Part shown: positions 16,479-25,924 of the stretch, one piece after another
Numbering within the stretch: the first letter of the stretch is position 1
Layout: each line of letters begins with the position of its first letter
Virus record (IMG/VR): IMGVR_UViG_3300010274_000145
Source of the DNA: a virus
Reading direction: 5' to 3' (one strand)
Length of the DNA stretch: 29,070 bases
The notes under the pieces: generated by a model
What the model saw: only the letters and a program-made list of their open reading frames with translations
Database searches by the model: none
Told to the model about the DNA's origin: nothing
Translations under genes and position numbers: made by a program

Positions 16479-17309
16479 ATGCCCTTCCTATCCAACTTCT
16501 CAAAATCCCTAAAAAAAGCCTTCTCTCAAATAGAAAAAACTCAAGCTGAAGCCCTGGCAATTGAAATCTCTGCGAATTTCATAGCAGGCCGGACAGCAGG
16601 AGAGAAACATAAATCTATTCAATCAGCAGAGCCTGAAGACCCTGAAGACGAAGGTTTAACCGAAGAAGAAAAAGCAGAAATTGCCGTGCTTGCTGCCCTA
16701 TACCTCGGCTACCTATCAAAATTCAATGACATAGCCCAGGCTCAAATCCTAACCACAACAAAGGAGATCATTGACCAGGCAGGCGGGCAGGTCACGCCGG
16801 AAGTCCAGGACGAAATTAAGAAGAGGCTGGATGATGTACTGGACGGGCGGGAAAAAGTGGTCATTGATAATGTCGGGAAGGTTCGCAAGGAACTGTATGT
16901 AGATAAGAACTTAAAAATTTCCGAAGTTGAGAAGGTTATTACGAAGAAATATTCAGCATCGGTGAAAACTTATTCTGAGTTATTGGGAGAACAGGCGAGT
17001 CATGCGAGTTATGAAGCAGGGAGGAAAGCGCAGCTTATAGGGCAGGGCTTTGATAAGTGGGTCTTTGTCGGGCCTGCCGATGAGAGAGCACGCCCCTGGC
17101 ACGTTGCCCTTTTGGGACAGGTATTTACATGGAATACAGAGCAGAGCTCTTACGCTGAAAGATGCCTGCAGGAGCCAAGGTGCAGACACAGAGCAGCTAT
17201 TTGGTATGGGGATCCCAAGAAGGACACACCAAAAGAGAAATGGGAAAATTTAAAAAATGATGCTGGACTATACTGGGATGACAACGCCGAAACATGGGCG
17301 TTAAAATAA
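16479..17309 (+). CDS. Head morphogenesis / minor head protein (SPP1 gp7 / Mu gpF-like)
   Basis: KWVFVGPADERARPWH...QEPRCRHR motif after a helical region; directly follows the portal. Confidence 0.82.
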   Translation: MPFLSNFSKSLKKAFSQIEKTQAEALAIEISANFIAGRTAGEKHKSIQSAEPEDPEDEGLTEEEKAEIAVLAALYLGYLSKFNDIAQAQILTTTKEIIDQAGGQVTPEVQDEIKKRLDDVLDGREKVVIDNVGKVRKELYVDKNLKISEVEKVITKKYSASVKTYSELLGEQASHASYEAGRKAQLIGQGFDKWVFVGPADERARPWHVALLGQVFTWNTEQSSYAERCLQEPRCRHRAAIWYGDPKKDTPKEKWENLKNDAGLYWDDNAETWALK

Positions 17310-17862
17310 ATTTTGTACATTATAGCACAAATCAATACTATAATGTAACAGTTAACTTTCTCTTTTTCACTCAACTAAAAACGCATACGGTAAAAAAGCA
17401 ATCAAGAGACTTAATTTTGAGTACCTATGTGTTTCTTCAGGTACTTTTTGCTGTGAAGTTCTATGTAATCGGCAGGAAACCCTCTATTCTTATAGTCTGT
17501 AGAACGATTGAGCAAACAAAAACATAGCTGAAAAATTCAGCCGTGTAAACCGTTTGAAAACCTTAATTTTAGAAACTAATTTTATTTAGGTTAACGTATA
17601 CTCGAAACGCTATCAAGAGAACAATGTACATAAAAATACATTCTAAATTTGTATTATTCTACACTTAATTATAATATTGTGTTTATGAGTTCAATGTACA
17701 ATATTTGTACATCCTTAAATTTAGACATTAACGTACAATGTTATACAGAGAATTTAAGATGTATGTTTTTTGGGTATTTCATAGAGATGAAAATGCAAAA
17801 AATGGGTAGAAACGTATAGGCAGGTTTAACCGAATACGTTTTTAAAAAAGGTAATTGTTTTG

Positions 17863-17897
17863 CTATCAAAATCTATCAATATCTATCAAATTGATAG
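17863..17897. repeat. CTATCAA x3 at 10-bp period plus one inverted copy
   Basis: 17863-17869, 17873-17879, 17883-17889; TTGATAG at 17891-17897. Confidence 0.7.
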
Positions 17898-17939
17898 TAA
17901 TTCAGATCCATCTATTATTAACACTTTCATTTTCAACCC

Positions 17940-18386
17940 TCAAAATATCTTATTTATTTTCCGTTCCAACCAATCAGGCACGATTTCCCTATATCCTGAA
18001 TAAATCATATCACTTACGATATGAGTCTCTAGCATAAGTACAGCACCTATAATACTCTCAATCGGTACTACTAAATGCCCATAATAAGCAGTAATCGGAA
18101 CCCATAAGAAACAAACAAGAATAAACGGGCCCCAAACGGGATTATGCAGTATTTCCCGATGTCCTGCGTTAGAAAATGGGCTCCAAATAATACCAAATGG
18201 ACCCCACAACCTTCTAACAATACTTTTCTCAGAGTCCAGGTCGCAAGTAATAAACAGCGTATAAGGTATTATTCCGAGCCAGAAGGATTGAAGTCCTTGA
18301 AATGATAAATAGCTTGTCTGATAGCCACCAATCGAAGAGAATATGGCGACTGCGAGACAGGCTTTTACGTGGTTCCAGTAGTTCAT
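17940..18386 (-). CDS. Membrane protein, DUF2227 / metal-binding hydrolase-like
   Basis: CDLDS...RRLWGPFGIIWSPF...HREILHNPVWGP with hydrophobic segments, N-terminal H and C-terminal HIVSD. Confidence 0.75.
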   Translation of the reverse strand: MNYWNHVKACLAVAIFSSIGGYQTSYLSFQGLQSFWLGIIPYTLFITCDLDSEKSIVRRLWGPFGIIWSPFSNAGHREILHNPVWGPFILVCFLWVPITAYYGHLVVPIESIIGAVLMLETHIVSDMIYSGYREIVPDWLERKINKIF

Positions 18387-18696
18387 TTATTCCTCTACAG
18401 CCTCATAAGGGCTGATATTGTTCAGCTTCGATTAATGCGGTTTTTCTGTATTTCATAGTCTTTTCTCCCAGTACTCCACATAATAGCAGCCTGTCTGTTC
18501 TCTATATTTCTTCCCTTCATGAATTCTTCAAGTTCTTCATATGTCATGTCATAGTCACCTCTAATTTATTTAATTAGTATATACATAACATAACATATAC
18601 ATAAATGTTATGTTTGGTATATGCAAAGAATGTATTCTAAAAGGTAAAATACAAAAAAAGAGAAGTATTTAGAAAATAAGTAAGAAAAAAGTAGAA

Positions 18697-18894
18697 TTAT
18701 TTTGGTTCTCGGATGGTCAATTCGTCTTTTTCGTCGTCGTAAAACGCCATTAAGTCAACGTTTGGTATTATTCCAGTCGTCTTTTCTATCCCAGGCGGGA
18801 CTATTTTCTCTATCAATTCTTTTTTCAGGTATATAGTACCCGATCCTCTTTCTGTGTTTATATTTAGTCTCACTGTCGATTTGTGTATTGTCAT
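18697..18894 (-). CDS. AbrB-like small regulator, divergent from the conjugation-type operon
   Basis: From ATG 18894: MTIHKSTVRLNINTERGSGTIYLKKELIEKI...LMAFYDDEKDELTIRE, a swapped-hairpin pattern. Confidence 0.6.
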   Translation of the reverse strand: MTIHKSTVRLNINTERGSGTIYLKKELIEKIVPPGIEKTTGIIPNVDLMAFYDDEKDELTIREPK

Positions 18895-19040
18895 ATTATC
18901 ACTTTGTATATTTCCTAATCTCAATATCAAGCAATCTAGTATATATTTGTTTCGTAATAACATAACATATCAATAGATGACATAACTTATATATACATGT
19001 AATGCGTAGTATACACATAAAAAGTTTATGAGGTGAAATA

Positions 19041-19463
19041 TTGGCATCAAAAAAAGCCGAGGAAGTGACTATGAAAATCGCAGCAAAGTTTCTACTGATG
19101 CTATTAATTGCATCAATTGTTTTGCCAGGACTCGCAGCAGCAACAAATGAGATACCCGAACTCGGGGGTATATCCGCGCCCGCAAATACTACAGACGTTT
19201 CCGAAGGGCTCGGAATCTTTGCACCGATCGGGAAATTCGCTATGGATTACGCGATCCACATAACCGTTTTCTTCGCTGTTATGGTGATCGTCGTGTTAAA
19301 TGCTCGCGGATCGTGGGCACGTAGTAACCAGCGATCTGAAGAAGCAGCTGAAAGCCGCAGAAATGTCAAGGAGTCTATAATGGACAATATATGGACTATA
19401 ATAGCCCTCATGGTAGTGTTCTATATTTTCTCTCCATTTATCAAGAGCTTTATCCAGGGTTAA
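19041..19463 (+). CDS. VirB2/pilin-like membrane protein
   Basis: GAGGTGA RBS; signal-peptide-like N-terminus and two hydrophobic helices joined by a charged linker. First gene of the VirB4 operon. Confidence 0.55.
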   Translation: MASKKAEEVTMKIAAKFLLMLLIASIVLPGLAAATNEIPELGGISAPANTTDVSEGLGIFAPIGKFAMDYAIHITVFFAVMVIVVLNARGSWARSNQRSEEAAESRRNVKESIMDNIWTIIALMVVFYIFSPFIKSFIQG

Positions 19464-19476
19464 GGATGGTCTAAAA

Positions 19477-19680
19477 ATGAACGAATTCGAAAGAGAAGAC
19501 ATGATAAAGAGCGTTTCAGGCACAGTAGAAAAAAACTTCTGTGCTATCAAACGCGAAGATCTGTATAAAAAATATAAAAACACAGATCCCGAAACGTTGA
19601 AAAGTGTAATCGAGACGATGAAAAAACGAGGTCTCTTAAAATACGAACCAAATACTGACAAGTACAGACTGGTGTTATAA
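19477..19680 (+). CDS. Small winged-helix protein
   Basis: IKREDLYKKY...DPETLKSVIETMKKRGLLKYEPNTDKYRLV is a wHTH pattern. Confidence 0.7.
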   Translation: MNEFEREDMIKSVSGTVEKNFCAIKREDLYKKYKNTDPETLKSVIETMKKRGLLKYEPNTDKYRLVL

Positions 19681-21116
19681 TGAAAAAATTGTTTGTCCTG
19701 CTTGGATTATTTTTCTTTGGTTCAATTGATGTTGTTAGTGCAGGACAGACAATTTATTTAGATCCAACTGACGAAGACGGGATCAATGACGCACTTGAAA
19801 CTGCGAAAGGTGCGTCCGGTACGACTACCGTAATATTAAACCCAGGTGTCTATGAGATCAGGGGATCTATAATTATCTATTCTAATACTGTCTTGAAGGG
19901 GAACAATGCTAAACTTTTGATACCTTCCGACTCAAAACAGTGGTTTGTCCCTCCGAATGGGATTATAACAAATAAGAGACCCGTCGAAAACGTCAGGATA
20001 GAGAACCTTATAATAGACGGCAACTGTCACAATCTCCCGGCTAAATATGCACACACACCCGGGCATAAACACGACTGTGAGAAACTGATTGTCATAAAGG
20101 GGTACAGTAACAAATTTTCAAAAAATATCGTTGTTAAAAACTGTAAATTTGCGAATGCGTTTTCTGATGCTGTTTATATGCGGTTCGTAGAAAATGCAAT
20201 CATAGAAAATAACCAGATTTCAAACTGCCAGCACTCTTCAGTATATTTATCTAGATGCGTTAATGGATTAATCCAGTATAACGATATCGCAGGAATAACG
20301 AGTGACGATGTAAGGGTGGAGAGCTCCAAAAATGTAAAAGTGCTCTACAATAATTTGTATGGATATTTCGGCTCAAAATCGAATGGAGCTTACCAGGGTG
20401 GGCACAATTTAATACAAGTAGGGGACCAGGGGCGTTCTCATGGGTATGGCTCGACCATAGCAAACGATATTCATACTGAAAATATCGAAATCGCTTATAA
20501 TACATTTTCGGGAAAACATCGGAACACTATTTGGATTGATGCCGCTGGGAAAACTCCCACCACAAACCTGTGGATTCACGATAATGTATTTGTTGATATG
20601 CCTGTCATCGAACGTGCCGGATACAGCGCAGAGAATCCCCCATCAATCGAAGAAGCTGAGGAGATCTTCACAACCTTGAAAGATTTCCTTAAAAGAGATT
20701 ACACATTCCGATATCCAAACGTGGAACAGAACTTAAAAGCGTCCGCTACAGTCGTTTATCATAATTACTCAACTGCTCCATACAGCATTCTCACAGTTGA
20801 AGGAGAGGACGAAATAGAAGTTATCAAGATTTCATACGATGGGAACTCAGCCAGGCACTTTGTAGACCGTGACATGTGGGTTGGGGAGTTCCAGAGAGTC
20901 GGGGATGGCTGGTATATTCCCGGCGAATTTGACGCTGATAAGTTGAAAGTTACAGTTTACTCAAAAAAAGGATATAAAACGCTATCAAAAGAAGAAATCG
21001 AAGTCGAGAACGCTGTAATAGGGAAAGCTGGGATCAATCCGGATTTATTCACTTTTATATCAGTTTTGACGATTTCGGGAATCTCGATAATTAGAAGCAT
21101 CAGGAGAATTTTATAA
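19680..21116 (+). CDS. Exported right-handed parallel beta-helix protein with C-terminal membrane anchor
   Basis: Signal peptide; INDAL...VILNPGVYEI; repeated IENLII/VKNCKF/IENNQISN/IAYNTF rungs; terminal hydrophobic helix. Confidence 0.85.
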   Translation: MKKLFVLLGLFFFGSIDVVSAGQTIYLDPTDEDGINDALETAKGASGTTTVILNPGVYEIRGSIIIYSNTVLKGNNAKLLIPSDSKQWFVPPNGIITNKRPVENVRIENLIIDGNCHNLPAKYAHTPGHKHDCEKLIVIKGYSNKFSKNIVVKNCKFANAFSDAVYMRFVENAIIENNQISNCQHSSVYLSRCVNGLIQYNDIAGITSDDVRVESSKNVKVLYNNLYGYFGSKSNGAYQGGHNLIQVGDQGRSHGYGSTIANDIHTENIEIAYNTFSGKHRNTIWIDAAGKTPTTNLWIHDNVFVDMPVIERAGYSAENPPSIEEAEEIFTTLKDFLKRDYTFRYPNVEQNLKASATVVYHNYSTAPYSILTVEGEDEIEVIKISYDGNSARHFVDRDMWVGEFQRVGDGWYIPGEFDADKLKVTVYSKKGYKTLSKEEIEVENAVIGKAGINPDLFTFISVLTISGISIIRSIRRIL

Positions 21117-22231
21117 TGAAGTTGAAATGCGTATTAGTCCTGTTGATATTGCTTTTGTCCATGACCTGTACGGCTCTTGGTGCAGAAGAACTCAAGATTA
21201 AGAACTCTGACGGTGAAGAAGTAACAAGGGATACGACCCCCAAAAAATCTGTGACTTTAGAGGATGCAGCTTCTCTTAATGCAGAGATGGAGAACGCTGG
21301 AGTACTGAGTGATAAGGATGATGAAGACGAAGAAAATGAAGAAGAAGATGCCCCTGAAAAATCATACAATTATGAAATAGTTGAAGATGAAGATTATATC
21401 CGAAATGAAGTGGCAGCCGGAAATAAGCAGTTTCTTACCGGGTTATTCACAGATATTTACACAGAGTTCCAAAATTCAAGCGTGAAAGATGAACACGGCA
21501 ATACAGCAGGAATGATTTATACCGCCGTCACTTTTGTACCAAATCCTTATGAAAATAACACAATAGTGGAATTATACGGTGGTTATGTCAACTTCTGTAT
21601 ATTCCTCACAGTTATGTTCATCTTAGGGGAATCTGTTAACCGTAGTGCAGCCAGGATGAGAATTACATCCAGCTCTAAGTATAGCATCCCTCCTAGAAGG
21701 CTTTTTGGCGGGCTTGCCATGTGCCTATTTGCTTTGACGGGAAATATTTTTTACATGTTGGCGTTGGATGTAGTCAAGGCACTTAACGGATTTATCACAA
21801 TGCCTGCGCTTCCCGCAATGACTCCAGACCCAGATAACACAATTACATTTTTGATGATGGGGCTCTGTGACCTGCTTGTAATGATATTTTTTATAGTTCG
21901 CTACTTCCTGATTTACATTTTCGCTGTAATATGCGGCGTTATTTTTGTCATGTTAGTATTCAAAATGACGAGGGACTTCTCGCAAAATGTTATTGAGAAG
22001 ATGATAAGGATTCTAGCCCTTCAGCCAGCTTCTCTTTTTGTCACAACAGTATGCATTTTAGCAATGGATTCACTACCAATGCCCCTCCAGCCTTTTGGGT
22101 ATGTAGGGGTCACGGTTGTAATTTTCCTCACATGTTATTACTTCATGTTTGGAAATTTCACGCTGATTAAAATTGGTATCAATCTAGCAGTCTCAAAAGG
22201 ACTTGTCAAAACAGGAGTTCGATACAAATGA
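21116..22231 (+). CDS. Polytopic membrane protein, VirB6/TrbL-like
   Basis: Signal peptide, acidic extracellular region, then about six to seven hydrophobic helices including VRYFLIYIFAVICGVIFVML. Lies in the VirB4 operon. Confidence 0.6.
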   Translation: MKLKCVLVLLILLLSMTCTALGAEELKIKNSDGEEVTRDTTPKKSVTLEDAASLNAEMENAGVLSDKDDEDEENEEEDAPEKSYNYEIVEDEDYIRNEVAAGNKQFLTGLFTDIYTEFQNSSVKDEHGNTAGMIYTAVTFVPNPYENNTIVELYGGYVNFCIFLTVMFILGESVNRSAARMRITSSSKYSIPPRRLFGGLAMCLFALTGNIFYMLALDVVKALNGFITMPALPAMTPDPDNTITFLMMGLCDLLVMIFFIVRYFLIYIFAVICGVIFVMLVFKMTRDFSQNVIEKMIRILALQPASLFVTTVCILAMDSLPMPLQPFGYVGVTVVIFLTCYYFMFGNFTLIKIGINLAVSKGLVKTGVRYK

Positions 22232-23223
22232 CAAACGAAACACCGTATTCCCAGGCAAGACCGCCAAAGACGATCACAAGAATAAAATCAGACAGGTTCT
22301 TAGACCTTACAAACCTCCATACATGGATACTGTTTGCAGCGTTAGCCGCATGCATGTATCTCTTCCGGGAGATGTCGAACAGTATATTAGTTGTACTGAC
22401 TGCAACAAAAACTATGATGACGGAGGAAATGATAACACATGCTTACATGGATATTCTTCTGTACGCTGTTCTGATTGTTTTGGTAATTTATACGTGGTTC
22501 AAATATTTCAGAAATGACGATCTCGTGGAATACCAAAAAGACCGGTTTGTATTTTTCATTCAGGGTCTTCGAGGAAAGCACGTAATTAATACAATGGCTG
22601 AGCCGATGGAGAACCTGTTAAAACTCATTTCAATCGTTGGAATCCATGACAGCACTGATGGGAAAAAGGAAAGTAAAATCCCGAGAGGCGTTATTATTGA
22701 GTTCGCCCCTCGTATATCATTTATTCAGAGGTTAAAAATATTCTTCAGACTCGAAAAGAAGAAGCTAAACGAATACGGCGTACTCATTGAAACATTCCCA
22801 CCAAGGCTCTCAGATGAATTCCGAGAGTTTCACGAAATGGCACTTCAGAAGGTAGTAAACGGGCTTCCTGTTAATACTTTATTCGAGAATATTTCTTGCT
22901 CAGTGATGGAACCAAAAAAACAGGTTTTGGAATACCTGCTATCATTAATGAACGAGTCGAAAGGAGAAGCAAGCGACAAACACCTTGCAGATATGTATCT
23001 TAAGATTTCGACTGATAACGAACCTGTAATAAAATGGCGGTATTATTCCTTCATTTCATTGGGAGAGCATAAAAATATAGCCGCCGCTAGGGTACAGTAT
23101 GGGGCTATAATTCCAGGGTTAATATCCAGCATGAAGGCGGCTTCTCTGTGCCCCGTAGTGCTCAGAGATAAACATGCAGTTATCGAAGCTTATAAAATTA
23201 TGTTAGGAGAGGTAGACGCATGA
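22228..23223 (+). CDS. Membrane protein with two TM helices and a cytoplasmic domain (VirB3/PrgI-like position)
   Basis: Two hydrophobic segments near the N-terminus; ATGA-coupled to the VirB4-like gene. Confidence 0.6.
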   Translation: MTNETPYSQARPPKTITRIKSDRFLDLTNLHTWILFAALAACMYLFREMSNSILVVLTATKTMMTEEMITHAYMDILLYAVLIVLVIYTWFKYFRNDDLVEYQKDRFVFFIQGLRGKHVINTMAEPMENLLKLISIVGIHDSTDGKKESKIPRGVIIEFAPRISFIQRLKIFFRLEKKKLNEYGVLIETFPPRLSDEFREFHEMALQKVVNGLPVNTLFENISCSVMEPKKQVLEYLLSLMNESKGEASDKHLADMYLKISTDNEPVIKWRYYSFISLGEHKNIAAARVQYGAIIPGLISSMKAASLCPVVLRDKHAVIEAYKIMLGEVDA

Positions 23224-25781
23224 TAATTACAAAACTTAAGAATCTTAAAAATGATGTTAAGAAGAGATGGAACGATGCCGGGCACCATGCTGATAATATG
23301 GCATGGTCCAGGTCATACGCTAGGAAAATATTGCCTTCTAGGATAGAGGTTTTTGATACGAATCTCGTATTTAATCAGCGATCTGTAGTTAGAACGCTTG
23401 TGTGTGGTCTTCCGACAGATACAGGCTCAGAAGGCTATCCGCGAGACTTTAGCAGCAAAACAATAGAACGGATCCAGAACTTAGCCTTTGATGGTGTCAG
23501 GGTCCTGATATCTACGGGTCTTATCCAGTTGCCAGGAATCCATACAAAAAAGGCACTTGAACAAGCACACTTCGATGCAGGAGTTAGGCGAAGCCAAAAC
23601 AACCACGAAGGGACGGAGAAAGACGAGCTTGAGCTGATGATGAAAAATCAGGATATCATTCAAAACTATTCTGAGATTTATCTCAAGTCTCAGAAGGCTT
23701 TCCACGCGTCCTTTGTTGTCGTCCTGCGCGGTCCCGCTGATCTTGTATTCGAGGCAGAGAGCAAGTTGATAAATATTATTAGAGGGGAAAATATAGAGGT
23801 CACTATTCCAAGCAGGCTACAGCTTGAGATGTTGCAGACGGCTCTACCGGGGCCAGATACACATCCTCGTTCATGGGTTGAAGTCCGTTCAGACGGAGCG
23901 GCGGTTCTGTCCTCTGCAGCTAATTTAAACAGTCGAACGGATGATACGGGGATGTATTTTGGAAAGGATATGCTTACCAAAAACGAAGTATTTTACGATC
24001 TGGACCGGCTGGCAGCGAAAACTCTCGCTATGTGTGGAGCTACAGGGTCCGGTAAAACATATGCTTTTCTGCTGCTTCTCATGCGTTTGAAAACTCTCAG
24101 GGATGCAAGGATAATATACACGACTCCAAAGGCCGATGAAGGAACTAATTACAGGTCGGTAGCGGCTGCATTTGGGGACAATGGCTGTATAGCTGACATT
24201 GGTATTAATGGGAGTGAATATTTCAACCCGCTCGATATACTGATTGATATTGAGAGCATGGGTCTTAATAAGCCCGAATTAAAGGCAGCCAGAAAACATA
24301 TTTTTGAAAACCTTTATGATCTGAAAAAGGGGACACTAATAAACGCTCACCGTATCTGGTTAGGCTCAGAATTCACTTCCAACATGGCGAGTTATCTTGA
24401 CGAGTCCCTTGATTATGTTTACGAGCAGGCTGGAATTTATAGGGATGATCCTGACAGTTTCACTAATCCAATGCCTGTATACCCGGCACTTCGGCTTAAG
24501 TGGGAGCTTGATAAGGAAAATAAGAACCTCGGGACCAAGCAGAAGACCGCAGAGGCACTTTATAATAAGACCTATCAGTTCTCTCCAACTGGATTATTCA
24601 ATAGGTACTGCAACCAGACAAAGGGCCTCGATCTGAACAAGGATTTCATAATAATAGACATGGCCAAAGTTCCCGATGAAATTAAAACGTTTATGTCGGT
24701 CATCGTCAACGGGGCCATAGCTTCCAGGTTCAGCACTCACAATGAACGAGAGACTTATCTTGCCATTGATGAAGGCGGGGTGTATCTAAGAGACAAGCTC
24801 TTGAGGGAACAGATGCTACAGAGGCTCACACAAGGCAGGAGTCACAGGTTTTATCAGTGGATCGCAACACATCAGCCAAGTGACTTCACTAAAAATGGAG
24901 TAGGCGAGGATTTCAGGACAAATACATATATAAATATTTTACTGGGTAATAACATTAAAAAATCCCTCAACGATGTAAAAGACTATTTTGAGTTGTCAGA
25001 AAAAGAATGTTCGATCCTGTCAAATTGTACCGTAGGGCAGGGTCTATTATTGTTCGGAGATAATGACGACGAACGAGTTCCCATTTTCTTTGAGTCGACC
25101 AAATGGGAGCATGAAACAATAAAAGGAATAGGATATGAGGACAAAAAAACAGTTCCCGATAGTGGTTTAACGTTTAAGCGGGAATTTAAGCACCTGATAG
25201 CAGACCATAAAATCATTCTCTCTGACTGGTTTGAGGGCGACGCATCCGTATTATTGCAACAGGGCTATGAAAAACATCTACTTACCAGAGTTGAAAAAAG
25301 AGGAACGGTAGCTGGTTTTATGCCGAAAGGAACTGTCAGAAATGGACGGGTAATATTACCGCATTTGGGCGACATGAAACTAGATCACTTCGCTTCTGTC
25401 ATCCAGCTTGAACCCGTGATGCGGGCTGCAAAATTCGAAGAAATCGAGATAAATCACAATGGGGATGTGGATATTAAGGGAATGAAAAACGGGAAATGGC
25501 TCGGCTTGGAATACGAAATTAAAGGCTCCCATACTGCCGAAGAACTGATTGCAAAGAAGGCAGCCGCACTCGAAAAAGGTATGGTGGTGCGGTTTATTTG
25601 CAGTTCAGCGGATTACCCCTACATCTCAAAAGTGGTAGGGGAAGATTACACGCTTCAAAGAGGGTCAGCCGTTGCTGATTTCCTAATGAATTTTGCAGCG
25701 GAAGAAGAGAACGGCGAAGAAGAAACAGATATTCAGGTTTCCAGCGAATCAGGGGTGATTGTAGACGAAATGGAGGCTTAA
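23220..25781 (+). CDS. virB4: VirB4/TraC-like secretion ATPase with C-terminal extension
   Basis: Walker A CGATGSGKT, TPKADEGTNY, FNPLDI, IIIDMAKV, Walker B LAIDEGG, GRSHRF..WIATHQPSDF, GQGLLL. Confidence 0.8.
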   Translation: MIITKLKNLKNDVKKRWNDAGHHADNMAWSRSYARKILPSRIEVFDTNLVFNQRSVVRTLVCGLPTDTGSEGYPRDFSSKTIERIQNLAFDGVRVLISTGLIQLPGIHTKKALEQAHFDAGVRRSQNNHEGTEKDELELMMKNQDIIQNYSEIYLKSQKAFHASFVVVLRGPADLVFEAESKLINIIRGENIEVTIPSRLQLEMLQTALPGPDTHPRSWVEVRSDGAAVLSSAANLNSRTDDTGMYFGKDMLTKNEVFYDLDRLAAKTLAMCGATGSGKTYAFLLLLMRLKTLRDARIIYTTPKADEGTNYRSVAAAFGDNGCIADIGINGSEYFNPLDILIDIESMGLNKPELKAARKHIFENLYDLKKGTLINAHRIWLGSEFTSNMASYLDESLDYVYEQAGIYRDDPDSFTNPMPVYPALRLKWELDKENKNLGTKQKTAEALYNKTYQFSPTGLFNRYCNQTKGLDLNKDFIIIDMAKVPDEIKTFMSVIVNGAIASRFSTHNERETYLAIDEGGVYLRDKLLREQMLQRLTQGRSHRFYQWIATHQPSDFTKNGVGEDFRTNTYINILLGNNIKKSLNDVKDYFELSEKECSILSNCTVGQGLLLFGDNDDERVPIFFESTKWEHETIKGIGYEDKKTVPDSGLTFKREFKHLIADHKIILSDWFEGDASVLLQQGYEKHLLTRVEKRGTVAGFMPKGTVRNGRVILPHLGDMKLDHFASVIQLEPVMRAAKFEEIEINHNGDVDIKGMKNGKWLGLEYEIKGSHTAEELIAKKAAALEKGMVVRFICSSADYPYISKVVGEDYTLQRGSAVADFLMNFAAEEENGEEETDIQVSSESGVIVDEMEA

Positions 25782-25803
25782 TATACCTCCTTTTGAAAAG
25801 GCA

Positions 25804-25834
25804 CTATACAGATAGTATACAGCTATCTGTATAG
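25804..25834. repeat. Perfect 12-bp inverted repeat
   Basis: CTATACAGATAG (25804-25815), 7 nt, CTATCTGTATAG (25823-25834). Confidence 0.85.
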
Positions 25835-25924
25835 ATTTGCGGGGGGTGGCTGCCAAAAATTAATTAATTTCTTTTTCCATTTTTTCACACATGGCAAGTT
25901 TTCCGTTTTCGGTTTCATCTTTTC

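Larger units (their letters stand above)
5378..17309 (+). mobile_element. Head-tail (Caudoviricetes-type) archaeal provirus packaging/head module carrying a large accessory insert
   Basis: terS, terL, portal and MuF-like genes in canonical order, with a 7.5-kb insert between terL and portal. Element boundaries are not visible. Confidence 0.8.

Noticed and set aside
8125-17527. Antisense or alternative-frame ORFs overlapping csf2, parB, MTase, portal and MuF (e.g. 8511-8759, 10082-10294, 11568-11798, 15684-15968, 17050-17253)
   Set aside because: Mostly or fully overlapped by well-supported genes; no motifs or initiation signals.
17314-17737. Scattered TGTACA hexamers as a defined recombination site
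   Set aside because: Four exact copies with irregular spacing in AT-rich DNA; cannot be distinguished from chance.
18422-18547. 41-aa minus-strand ORF (MTYEELEEFMKGRNIENRQAAIMWSTGRKDYEIQKNRINRS)
   Set aside because: A GAGGTGA RBS is nearby, but the nearest ATG is followed by a stop and no motif is recognisable. Possible but not supportable.
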